Source of the DNA: an uncultured Chloroflexia bacterium
Lineage (GTDB): Bacteria; Chloroflexota; Chloroflexia; Thermomicrobiales; UBA6265
Length of the DNA stretch: 64,000 nucleotides
Reading direction: 5' to 3'
NCBI GenBank assembly: GCA_963724295.1
Contig: CAVRUC010000004.1
Location: 256,001 to 320,000, forward strand
In this document: positions 30,304 through 39,251 of the stretch, piece after piece
Numbering within the stretch: the first letter of the stretch is position 1
How the letters are laid out: the number at the start of each line of letters is the position of its first letter
Made by a program: the position numbers and the translations under genes
Notes under the pieces: model-generated
What the model was told of the DNA's origin: nothing
What the model saw: the letters and a program-made list of their open reading frames with translations, nothing else
Database searches by the model: none

Positions 30304-32022
30304 TCAGACGGTCGCCGAATCCACCGCCGGCTCGAAGCCATGGAAGCGGTCGAACTCGGCGTGATGATGCGCCTGGTCGACGGGAACGACGACGACGAAG
30401 GGTCTCCCCTCCGCGTTCGCCTGCCTGGCCGTTTCCAGCGCGGGACGGAGGCCTGACGCCTCCTCGACGCGGATGGCCTCGATGCCGGCGGCCCTGGCGC
30501 TCCCGGCCAGGTCGGTCCCGGGTGCAAATTGGGTGGCGACGATCGGACCCTCGGTCCGCTTCTGGATCCACTGCACCCAGCCGAACGAGCTGTCGTCGAG
30601 GACCACCCATGTGACGGCCAACCCCTCCTGGGCCGCCGTCCCCAGCTCGTGCAACTGCATCTGGAATGCGCCGTCGCCCGTCGTACAAACGACCTGGCGG
30701 TCCGGCCGCGCCAGCTTCGCCGCCATGGCGCCGACGATCCCGTATCCCATAGCGGTCTGCTCGGCGGGCGGCACGCAGCAGCCGGGATCGAGCACCTGGT
30801 AGTAGGGCCAGAAGTAGGCCCACAGGTCCTGACCGCCGTTCTCCTTGACGAGGATGGTGTTGTCGCCGAAGACCCGGTTGACCTCGTGCACGATCGATTT
30901 GCCCTTCAGCGGCATGTCACCCTGATCCAGGGCATCTTCCGCATCCCCGGCCGCACCGGCGATGGCCGCCCGTCGTCCGGCGATGATGTCGGCGACATAG
31001 TCCTCGTTCCGGGTGAAGCCTCTCTCTTGCAGTGCCAGCGTCAGCGCATCGATTGCTTGCCTGGCGTCGGCCTGGATCGCCACATCCGGTTGCCAGTTTC
31101 GGCCCAGCTCGAACGGATCGATATCGATCTGGATCAACTTCGCGTTGTCTGGAAACGGGAGGAATCCACCCTGGAACTCCTCCATCCGGGAGCCAACCGT
31201 GATCAGCAGATCGGCTGATTCGTAGACATGCCGAGGAAAGGTCGTGCGGTACAGCCCGGTCAGCCCGCAGAATAGCGAGTGCGTCTCGGCGACCGACCCG
31301 CGGCCGGCAGGCGTGGTCTGGATCGGGATGCCAAACCGTTCGCTGAGGTCGCCGACCGCGCTGCCGGCTCCGGAGAGGATCGTGCCGCCACCCGTAATCA
31401 GGAGCGGCCGCTTTGCCGCGGCGATGAGATCGACAGCGGCCGCCAGCGCGGTGGGATCGGCGGCCGGGCGCGGAGCCGGCAGCGCCCGCGCGTAGGCCGG
31501 GATCTCCCAGACGCCCAGACCGATGTCGCCGGGCAGCTCGACGTAGACCGGCCCCGGCTGGCCGCTGGTGGCGATCTGGACGGCGCGGCGCATCACCCAG
31601 GGGATATTCTCCGGCAGCTCGACCGTGGTCGCCCACTTGGTGATCGAGGAGAGCATGGCGACGTGATCGGTCTCCTGAAACGAGCCTTTGCCATAGGTCT
31701 GGCGGGGAGAGCGCACCCCGAGCACGAGCATCGGCGTACAGCCCGAGTACGCCTCGAGAATACCGGGCACCAGGTTCGCGATCCCCGGTCCGGGGCAACC
31801 GAAGCAGGCGGCGATCTGATTGGTCACCCGAGCGTAGGCCATCGCCATGAAGGCGCCCGAGGTCTCGAAGCGGACCCCAATCGGCCGCGGTCCACCATCC
31901 GGCTCCATCGCTACGAGCGCGTCATACAGGTGACGCGGGTCCCCAGGGAGACCGAAGACGTACGGCACGCCCTCCGCCTTCATGGCGAGGACGACGGCTT
32001 CCCACCCGGTCAACGTTGGCAT
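30304..32022 (-). CDS. Thiamine pyrophosphate-binding enzyme (acetolactate synthase-like family)
   Basis: FGLPG, RFE, GPGIAN, FQE, PGPVYVELP, GDGAF; SD GGAGG before ATG 32022. Confidence 0.9.
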   Translation of the reverse strand: MPTLTGWEAVVLAMKAEGVPYVFGLPGDPRHLYDALVAMEPDGGPRPIGVRFETSGAFMAMAYARVTNQIAACFGCPGPGIANLVPGILEAYSGCTPMLVLGVRSPRQTYGKGSFQETDHVAMLSSITKWATTVELPENIPWVMRRAVQIATSGQPGPVYVELPGDIGLGVWEIPAYARALPAPRPAADPTALAAAVDLIAAAKRPLLITGGGTILSGAGSAVGDLSERFGIPIQTTPAGRGSVAETHSLFCGLTGLYRTTFPRHVYESADLLITVGSRMEEFQGGFLPFPDNAKLIQIDIDPFELGRNWQPDVAIQADARQAIDALTLALQERGFTRNEDYVADIIAGRRAAIAGAAGDAEDALDQGDMPLKGKSIVHEVNRVFGDNTILVKENGGQDLWAYFWPYYQVLDPGCCVPPAEQTAMGYGIVGAMAAKLARPDRQVVCTTGDGAFQMQLHELGTAAQEGLAVTWVVLDDSSFGWVQWIQKRTEGPIVATQFAPGTDLAGSARAAGIEAIRVEEASGLRPALETARQANAEGRPFVVVVPVDQAHHHAEFDRFHGFEPAVDSATV

Positions 32023-32064
32023 CGGTATTCCTCCGGCCCGCATCCGTATTTCCTGACGCCGCAG

Positions 32065-32096
32065 AAGTTTGCCAAGTTTGCCAAGTTTGCCAAGTT
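32065..32096. repeat. 9-bp tandem repeat (AAGTTTGCC)x3.5
   Basis: Direct inspection. Confidence 0.85.
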
Positions 32097-32114
32097 CGGC
32101 GCCCGCCTCTCCGT

Positions 32115-33431
32115 CTACGCTCCCGCCGCTGGCCGCACCAACGGCGCATCCGGCAGCAGCGGGGAGGCGAATTCCGGCTCCCCGGCGCGGCGCATGAGCA
32201 GGCACAGCCCTGCCGCGAGCAGACAGAGCAAGCCGCTTCCGACGAAGGCCAGCTCATAACCGCCGGTCACCGTGCGGATCACTCCGGCCGCTGAGGCGAC
32301 GACCGCCGCGCCGAGCTGATGCGCGGTGAAGACCCAACCGTAGACGATCGGTCCAGCGGCGCGCCCGAAGGTCTGGGAGGCGATGGCCACCGTGGGCGGC
32401 ACGGTGGCTACCCAGTCGAGCCCGTAGAAGACGATGAAGAGAATCAGCCCGAAACTGGGCGACCCGAGTACGAAGGGCAGGTAGAGCAGCGACAGCCCGC
32501 GCAGACCGTAATAGGCGAACAGGAGCTTGCGCGAATCGACCCGGTCGGTCAGCACACCGGAGATGGTGGTGCCGACCACATCGAAGATTCCAATCACCGC
32601 CAACAGGCTCGCCGCGGTCACCGCGGCCATGCCGTGGTCGACGCCGGCTGGAATCAGGTGGGTGCCGATCAGACCGTTTGTCGAGGCGCCACAGATGAAG
32701 AACGTCGCCGCCAGCAGCCAGAAATTGCGGTTGCCGCTGGCCATGGCCAGTCCGCGAAAGGCCATCGCCACCGGGTTGCCTCGCGGCGGCGCCGGCGGGT
32801 CGTCCTCGCTGGCGCCGTAGGCTCGCGTCCCGGCGTCCTCTGGCCGGTTGCGCAGGAAGACCAGAACCAGGGGGACGACCGCCAGGGTGCAGATCGCGAC
32901 AGTCAACGAGACGTAGCGCCAACCTCGCTCCTGCCCCAGCCAACCCAGAAACGGCAGAAAGATGAGCTGACCGGTGGCGGACGCGGCGGTGAGGAGACCG
33001 ACGACCAGACCACGGCGGCGCACGAACCAGCGATTGGCGACCGTGGCCGCGAAGACGGTCGCCATCGTCCCGGCCCCAAGGCCGACGACGATCCCCCACA
33101 GCAGATAGAGCTGCCAGGGCACGGTCATCCAGACCGTCAGGGCAGCGCCGGTCGCAATGAGCAGCAGTGCGCCAGCGACAACCGGCCGGATGCCCCAGCG
33201 GTCCATCATCGCGGCGGCGAACGGCCCGACGAACCCGAACAGAACGAGATTGATCGAGACCGCCAGCGAGATCGTGGCCCGCGACCAGCCGAACTCAGCC
33301 TCCAGCGGCACCATCAACACTGCCGGCGTCGAGCGGATGCCGGACGCAGCGAGCAGGGTGATGAAGGTCACGGCAAAAACGATCCACGCGTAGTGGAAGC
33401 CGCCAGGAAGGGAAATGACGCGTCGGCTCAC
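32115..33431 (-). CDS. MFS transporter
   Basis: About 12 TM segments, MDRWGIR, NRWFVRRRGL, GVLTDRVDSR. Confidence 0.92.
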   Translation of the reverse strand: MSRRVISLPGGFHYAWIVFAVTFITLLAASGIRSTPAVLMVPLEAEFGWSRATISLAVSINLVLFGFVGPFAAAMMDRWGIRPVVAGALLLIATGAALTVWMTVPWQLYLLWGIVVGLGAGTMATVFAATVANRWFVRRRGLVVGLLTAASATGQLIFLPFLGWLGQERGWRYVSLTVAICTLAVVPLVLVFLRNRPEDAGTRAYGASEDDPPAPPRGNPVAMAFRGLAMASGNRNFWLLAATFFICGASTNGLIGTHLIPAGVDHGMAAVTAASLLAVIGIFDVVGTTISGVLTDRVDSRKLLFAYYGLRGLSLLYLPFVLGSPSFGLILFIVFYGLDWVATVPPTVAIASQTFGRAAGPIVYGWVFTAHQLGAAVVASAAGVIRTVTGGYELAFVGSGLLCLLAAGLCLLMRRAGEPEFASPLLPDAPLVRPAAGA

Positions 33432-33436
33432 GGCTC

Positions 33437-34678
33437 TCAGACTCCGGTGGGAACCGTTTGCCGGTTGTCGCTCAGGCTGCTCGCCCCCGCGGAATGACCG
33501 AACTTGTCAAGAAAACGACCGATGCGCTCGAGTGCCTCGTCGATCTGGTCCAGGCTGGTGGCGTAGGCGCAGCGGATGTGCCCCGCGCCGCCGGGTCCAA
33601 AGGCATCGCCCGGAACGACGGCAACCCTGGCCTCATAGAGCAACCGGGTCGCGAAGTCGTGCGCGGAAAGCCCGGTCGAGATGACCGAGGGGAACGCGTA
33701 GAACGCACCCGCCGGAAGGTGACAGTCCAGTCCGAGCCGGTTCAACCCCGAGACAATTGCCTGCCGCCGCAGCGCGTAGTCGTCGACGGTCGCCTGTACT
33801 TCGCGCTCCGGCACCCGCAGCGCCTCGATTGCGGCCTCCTGCGCCTGCCGCGAGGCGCAAAGCGCCGTGTACTGGTGGATGCGTGTCATGGCCGCGATCA
33901 ACGGCTTTGGGCCAGCCGCGTACCCGACGCGCCAACCGGTCATACCGTACGTCTTCGAAAAGCCGTTGAGCAGCAGCGTCCGCTCCAGCATCCCGGGCAG
34001 CGTGGCGAACGGCACGTGCGGCGCATCGTACGAGAGGCGATCGTAAATTTCGTCGCTGATCACCGCCAGATCGTGGCGCCGCACAACATCCGCGATGGCA
34101 TTGAGCGCGGCGCGATCCGGCACGGCGCCAGTCGGGTTCCCCGGGTAATTGAGCAGTAATACTCGCGTGCGCGGGGTGATGTGCCGCTCCAGCTCATTGG
34201 CTTGAGGAATGAACCCATCCCGCGCCGGAGCGGGAACCCAAACCGGGACGCCGCCGGCCAACGAGACACAGGGCGGATAGGCCACATACGCGGGGTCAGG
34301 AATGAGGACTTCATCACCGGGATCGAGCAGCGCCCGCAGCGCCAGGTCGAGTCCCTCGCTGACGCCGACAGTGATCAGGACTTCGTCCTCCGGGTCATAT
34401 TCCAGGCCGTAGCGGCTGGCCAGGGATGAGCCGACCGCCGTACGGAGATCGAGCAAGCCGCTGTTGGCGGTGTAGGTCGTGCGACCCCGCTCCAGACCGT
34501 AGATCGCCGCCTCGCGCACGCGCCAGGCTGTGCCGAAGTCCGGCTCGCCAACCCCCAGCGAGATAACATCCTCCATCTGGGAGACGACGTCGAAGAACTG
34601 ACGGATCCCCGAGGGAGGCACGGCGGTAACGGTCCGCGACAACCTCATCGTGGAGCTCGCGGGCGAAGCGAGGCTCAT
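33437..34678 (-). CDS. PLP-dependent aminotransferase class I/II
   Basis: SLGVGEPDF, NYPGNPTG, SDEIY, GFSKTYGMTGWRVG. Confidence 0.93.
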   Translation of the reverse strand: MSLASPASSTMRLSRTVTAVPPSGIRQFFDVVSQMEDVISLGVGEPDFGTAWRVREAAIYGLERGRTTYTANSGLLDLRTAVGSSLASRYGLEYDPEDEVLITVGVSEGLDLALRALLDPGDEVLIPDPAYVAYPPCVSLAGGVPVWVPAPARDGFIPQANELERHITPRTRVLLLNYPGNPTGAVPDRAALNAIADVVRRHDLAVISDEIYDRLSYDAPHVPFATLPGMLERTLLLNGFSKTYGMTGWRVGYAAGPKPLIAAMTRIHQYTALCASRQAQEAAIEALRVPEREVQATVDDYALRRQAIVSGLNRLGLDCHLPAGAFYAFPSVISTGLSAHDFATRLLYEARVAVVPGDAFGPGGAGHIRCAYATSLDQIDEALERIGRFLDKFGHSAGASSLSDNRQTVPTGV

Positions 34679-35220
34679 GGCGCCACCGCCAGGCGGCCGT
34701 CGGTGACGGCATCCTCGACCAGGATGTCACCATCCTCCTTGTAGGCCTTGAGCAAGAAGTGCGTGTTCGTCGCGGTGACGTGGTCGATTGGAGCCAGCTT
34801 TTCGGAAACGAACTGCGCGATCTCCCGCATGGTCGGCGCCTCGACGATGATCCGCAAGTCATGCCCTCCGGAGACGAGGTGCGCCGCGCGAACTTCGGGG
34901 TGCCGGTAGATGCGCGCCGCGACTTGATCGAAGCCGACTTCGCGCTGCGGAGAGACACTGACGTCGATAAAGGCGACGACGCGCTCGTCACCCAGGCGAT
35001 CCCAGTCGACGACGGTCTTGTAGCCGCGAATCACCCGTTGCTGCTCGAGCTGGCTGACCAGAGCGAGGACCTGATCTTCAGCGATACCGGTCAGCTCGGC
35101 GATGCGCGCCGGGTCGCGACGAGCGTCGGTAACAAGCGCCGCCAACACGCGACGAACATCCGCATCCCGGCTGTCGAGGCGCCCCTCTCGCCCCTCGCCA
35201 TTCGGATTGAACTCAACCAA
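34675..35220 (-). CDS. Lrp/AsnC family transcriptional regulator (start uncertain: TTG 35220 or ATG 35259)
   Basis: HTH then VIRGYKTVVDW, LVSGGHDL, TNTHFLLKAYK; coupled to the aminotransferase, like Bacillus yugG-yugH. Confidence 0.88.
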   Translation of the reverse strand: MVEFNPNGEGREGRLDSRDADVRRVLAALVTDARRDPARIAELTGIAEDQVLALVSQLEQQRVIRGYKTVVDWDRLGDERVVAFIDVSVSPQREVGFDQVAARIYRHPEVRAAHLVSGGHDLRIIVEAPTMREIAQFVSEKLAPIDHVTATNTHFLLKAYKEDGDILVEDAVTDGRLAVAP

Positions 35221-35288
35221 GTGATATCCCCTTCCCGGCCCCTGCACACTGTGCGGCATGCGAGAGTGTACGCCGCGCGCGTCCGACC

Positions 35289-35350
35289 CTTCTCGCCTTC
35301 TCGCCTTCTCGCCCTCTTCTTCCGACTTCCGACTTCCGACTTCCGACTCC
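35289..35350. repeat. Adjacent tandem arrays (TTCTCGCC)x3 and (TTCCGAC)x4
   Basis: Direct inspection. Confidence 0.85.
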
Positions 35351-35351
35351 G

Positions 35352-36644
35352 TTACCAGTACCGCATCGCGGCCAGGAACAACCCCCGCAGGTCCTCGGCC
35401 GTGGCTGGGCGCGGCGAGAGCTTGGTCACCCGGTGCTGCGGCAGCGTCCCGGCCACGAGTGCATCGACATCATCGGCGCCAAGTCCGACGGCCGAGAGTC
35501 CGTTCGGCATGCCGACGCGGCGCATGATCCGCTCGATCTGACTTGCCAGAATCTCTCCAGCGTCCTCTGCCGCCGCGCCACCGGTTTCGGCGCCGAGCAG
35601 CTGTGCGGCCTGCAGGTGACGCTCCGGGTTGGCCTGAGCCGTCCAGCGGAAGACCGACGGCGCATTGAGAATCACGGACATTCCATGCGGCACGATCGGA
35701 TGGTCGTCTGGATAGCCGGCCGGTACGTAGTCACGGACCATGCCCGAGACCGGGTAGCTCATACCGTGCGGCAGATGCACCCCCGCGTTCCCGAACCCGA
35801 TCCCGGCGTAGGCGGCGGCGAGGAGCATCTCCCCCCGCGCCTCGTCATCGGACGGATCGTCGACGGCACGGGCGATGCTTCGCGCCATCACGTCCATCGC
35901 CTTGCTCGCCCAGACGTCGGAGATCGGGTTCGCTCCCTGATAAGCGGGACGCTGCCCTGGATGATCGGGCGCCGGCCGCTTGCTATACGGCAACGCGGTG
36001 AACGACTCGACCGCGTGCGAAAGGACATCCAGTGCCGAGCACGCGGCCACCATCGGCGGCATGCTGCGAGTGTTGTCGGGGTCGATGATCCCCAAAATCG
36101 GTCGCAAGGCCCGGTGGGCAATGCCGGTCTTGGCGTGCAGTGCTTCGTAATCGAAGATGGCGACTCCCGTGGTCTCCGAACCCGTCCCGGCCGTCGTCGG
36201 GATGGCGATGAGTGGTTTGAGCGGGCCGGGTACCGGCTTCCCCTCCCCGATCGGCGGGTTCACGTAGGTCAGCAACGGAGCGGGGTACGTCGCGAAGAGG
36301 TTGGCGGCCTTGGCGGTGTCCATGACGCTACCGCCGCCCACGGCGACGTAGCCATCGAACCTGCCATCCGCGGCGAAGGTAGCTGCATCCATGAAACTCG
36401 CGTCCGTCGGTTCTACTCGAACCCGGTCGAAAAGGACGGCGTCGATCCCTTCTCGCCGCAGTGCGTCGAGTGTCGTTGCCACCGTCTCGCCTGCCGCCAA
36501 CCGGGGATCGGTGACAACCATGACCCGACGTCCGCCGAGGCGGGCCATGTCGGCGCCGACTTCGCGCGTCGCGCCAGGTCCGAACTTGATCGCCGAGGTG
36601 TCCATGGTGAACCGTGTTTCATGGATTGGGTCTGACTCAGCCAC
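35352..36644 (-). CDS. Hydroxyacid-oxoacid transhydrogenase (Fe-ADH family)
   Basis: GGGSVMDTAKAANL, PTTAGTGSETTG, YQGANPISD, GVHLPHGMSYPV; SD AAGGAG. Confidence 0.9.
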   Translation of the reverse strand: MAESDPIHETRFTMDTSAIKFGPGATREVGADMARLGGRRVMVVTDPRLAAGETVATTLDALRREGIDAVLFDRVRVEPTDASFMDAATFAADGRFDGYVAVGGGSVMDTAKAANLFATYPAPLLTYVNPPIGEGKPVPGPLKPLIAIPTTAGTGSETTGVAIFDYEALHAKTGIAHRALRPILGIIDPDNTRSMPPMVAACSALDVLSHAVESFTALPYSKRPAPDHPGQRPAYQGANPISDVWASKAMDVMARSIARAVDDPSDDEARGEMLLAAAYAGIGFGNAGVHLPHGMSYPVSGMVRDYVPAGYPDDHPIVPHGMSVILNAPSVFRWTAQANPERHLQAAQLLGAETGGAAAEDAGEILASQIERIMRRVGMPNGLSAVGLGADDVDALVAGTLPQHRVTKLSPRPATAEDLRGLFLAAMRYW

Positions 36645-36727
36645 GGGATCTCCTTGTCTATCCTCACGCTCGGCCCCGCGGGCGATGCTGGAGCAATGGG
36701 CTCGTCCCCTATGCAATCATCGCGATG

Positions 36728-36756
36728 AAAACGGCCCTGGCAAATCGCCAGGGCCG
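36728..36756 (-). terminator. Rho-independent terminator
   Basis: CGGCCCTGGC/GCCAGGGCCG hairpin followed by TTTT on the minus strand. Confidence 0.6.
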
Positions 36757-36800
36757 CCTCACTCGGATGATTCTGTAGAAAATCCGCGGTGGTCTCGCGG

Positions 36801-37451
36801 CTACCCGCCCGGCGCTTCGTACTCGCTTGCGTCGTCATTGCGCGATCCGTCCCGAACCCTCTCGCCGCCTTCCGTCGCTCCGATGCCATCCTCTGCCGTA
36901 GTTCCGCTCGACCCGGTCGCCGGCGCGGCACCCGATGCCGGCTCGCTTGAGGTGGTTGACGTCTCACTGATGGTGGCGTCGCCGGTTACCACGCCTGATG
37001 GCGCCTGCCCACCCGAATCGATGTCGCTGGGGGCCGTCGCAACCGGTTCGGCCGGTGGCGGCAGCAGCGTGAGGGGGATTTCGAGGCCGGACAGCACGGT
37101 CAGGTCATAGGCCATCACAAGATCCAGAATTCCGAGCGCCTCGAGCGTCTCGGCATTCTCCGGCAACGACGCCTCTTCGGAAGTCCCGGTGTCGGTTGTG
37201 CCGCCTTCGCCCGCGTCGCCGGCGGAGACGCTACCGCCATTGCCGTCGTTGTCCCGCTCGGCGTTGCCGGTCGACGTATTCCCCGAGTCCGCCCCGGAAC
37301 CCGATGAGCCATCTTCGCCGGAGCGCGCCTGCTCCAGGGTTGCCGATGGGGCCTCCTGGGCGAACGCGCTGCCTGCCGGCAATCCTGCGGCGATGCTGGC
37401 CAGTGAAGCGGCGAGCGCGGCGACGCGCGCCCATGATGTGCTATTCCGCAT
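36801..37451 (-). CDS. Secreted low-complexity (G/S/T/D/E-rich) hypothetical protein
   Basis: Signal peptide MRNSTSWARVAALAASLAS...AFA-QE; acidic disordered body. Confidence 0.7.
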   Translation of the reverse strand: MRNSTSWARVAALAASLASIAAGLPAGSAFAQEAPSATLEQARSGEDGSSGSGADSGNTSTGNAERDNDGNGGSVSAGDAGEGGTTDTGTSEEASLPENAETLEALGILDLVMAYDLTVLSGLEIPLTLLPPPAEPVATAPSDIDSGGQAPSGVVTGDATISETSTTSSEPASGAAPATGSSGTTAEDGIGATEGGERVRDGSRNDDASEYEAPGG

Positions 37452-37728
37452 GACGAGTGAAGTCCTTCCCTCAATCTGCCAGGACGCGCGGGCGGCCGTC
37501 CCGTGCGACCCGCCCTGGCAACCGTGAGAACGTACCTTCCGGTACTCCCCGGCGTCAACGAGCGGGACCAGGCGGGCGTTTCGTCCTGCATCTGGGCGGG
37601 CACGGATTCCCCCGACTTCAGTACTCATCCCCAGCCACGTTAATTCCTGCGTCACGGTTGGCATGAAAACTGCTGGCTGGCAACTGCCCGCGATGGGCAG
37701 TTGTGCATCTACCGCGAAGGAGGAGCCC

Positions 37729-38346
37729 ATGAGATTTGGAAAGTTGATCGCAACCGCCGGTGCAGCGGCCGTGCTTTCTGGCATGGTGGCCCTGAGTGGA
37801 CCCGCGGCATGGGCCCAGGACGCCACGCCCGAGGCGGAGGATATTCTGGCGGCGCGCCCGGCGCACATCCACACCGGGACCTGCGACGAGGTCGGCGAGG
37901 TGGTTGCCCCGCTCACCGATCTCGGCGGTGCGATCGGTGGCGACCGCGTCGGACAGGTGCGCCGGGCCATACCCGCGCAGAGCTCATTTACCTCCGTACC
38001 GCTGACTCTTGATGCAATTCTGGGAGCCGACCACGTCGTCAATGTCCACCTCTCGGCCGAAGAGATCGGGACCTACATCGCCTGCGGGGAAATCGGCGGC
38101 AGGCTTTCCCCTGAGGGCGCCGTGATCATCGGTCTCCGTGAGTTGAATAACTCCGGTTTCACCGGGATCGCTTACCTGGCGCCAGGAGCGGATGGCGCCT
38201 CGACCGATGTCTCGGCCTTTGTCGCTCCAACCCAGAGTGGACGGAATCGCGACCGTGCCGGCGACGATACGGCCACGGTGGGCGCCACTCCAACCGACGG
38301 CGGCATGGGCGGTATGGACATGGGCACGCCGGAAGCCGGTTCATAA
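37729..38346 (+). CDS. Secreted protein with SodC/CHRD-like HxH domain and Met-rich tail
   Basis: Signal peptide AWA-QDATP, PAHIHTGTC, NVHLS, YIACGEI; SD AAGGAGG. Confidence 0.82.
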   Translation: MRFGKLIATAGAAAVLSGMVALSGPAAWAQDATPEAEDILAARPAHIHTGTCDEVGEVVAPLTDLGGAIGGDRVGQVRRAIPAQSSFTSVPLTLDAILGADHVVNVHLSAEEIGTYIACGEIGGRLSPEGAVIIGLRELNNSGFTGIAYLAPGADGASTDVSAFVAPTQSGRNRDRAGDDTATVGATPTDGGMGGMDMGTPEAGS

Positions 38347-38389
38347 CGGCGAGGAGCGAGCCGGAATCTTCCGGCTCGCCTTCGACGTC

Positions 38390-38438
38390 TAGCAAAGGAG
38401 GGCCGGGTGCCGCTATCGCACCCGGCCCTCCTTTGCTA
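38390..38438. terminator. Perfect 21-bp inverted repeat (terminator-like)
   Basis: TAGCAAAGGAGGGCCGGGTGC-7nt-GCACCCGGCCCTCCTTTGCTA. Confidence 0.65.
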
Positions 38439-38566
38439 TCGGGAGCTCCCTGTCCAGTCTCGGCAGCGGCCGCCGGCTGTCACCCGGTTCTCATGAGGTC
38501 GTTGACAATGCGACACTTACCAGCCCCCAGGCGGGGTCCGATCCGCGCATTGACAAGGAGGTTCCC

Positions 38567-39085
38567 GTGACCACCCGCCGCCATACTCGTGTTGCAGGCA
38601 CGCTGTTTGCGCTCGTCGCAGTCGTGGCCGCAGCCATCCCGGGCGCCGTCGCACAGGATGCAACGCCAGTTGCGCAGCTCGTCGCTCCCGCCCGCCCCGC
38701 CCATATCCACTCCGGCAACTGCGTGGAACTCGGCGACGTGGTTGTCCCTCTGGCCGATCTCACCGCAGCGGTCGGCGAGGGCGTCGGGCAGGTAGATAGA
38801 GCGACACCAGCGGAAAGCTCCTTCACCAATGTCCCGATGACGCTCGACGCCATCCTCGGGGCTGATCACGCCATCAACGTTCACCTTTCCGCCGAGCGGA
38901 TCGACACCTACATCGCGTGCGGCGAGCTTGGCGGTGGCGTCGACGCCAGCGGGGCGCTCGTCGTCGGTCTGCGGGAAGAGTCCGATTCGGGCTACACCGG
39001 AATCGCGTTCCTGTCGCCGGGCGCTGACGGCGCTTCTACCGACGTGTCGGTATTCATCGCTCCCGTGTTCGGCGCCGCCGGCTAA
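38567..39085 (+). CDS. Secreted paralog of 37729..38346 (SodC/CHRD-like HxH domain)
   Basis: AVA-QDATP, PAHIHSGNC, NVHLS, YIACGEL; strongly similar to the preceding gene. Confidence 0.82.
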   Translation: MTTRRHTRVAGTLFALVAVVAAAIPGAVAQDATPVAQLVAPARPAHIHSGNCVELGDVVVPLADLTAAVGEGVGQVDRATPAESSFTNVPMTLDAILGADHAINVHLSAERIDTYIACGELGGGVDASGALVVGLREESDSGYTGIAFLSPGADGASTDVSVFIAPVFGAAG

Positions 39086-39251
39086 CGAACCGGCGACGAG
39101 AGATCCCGGCCGCAATCCGCGGCCGGGATCTCCTCTCTGAGCCCGCTTCCTGGCCCCGAATCTGCGAGGCTCTCCGTGAGATGCAATCGCGTCGCCGGGC
39201 GGTGCGGGCATCGGCATCGTCTACCGCCGTGGCGCTCTCCCGGAGGGTTCG

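Noticed and set aside
32065..32096. Tandem arrays as a possible CRISPR array
   Set aside because: Units are 7-9 bp with no unique spacers, and no cas genes are in the window
36801..38042. 413-aa version of the minus-strand ORF
   Set aside because: Its upstream half overlaps the divergent 37729 gene; the signal peptide begins at ATG 37451
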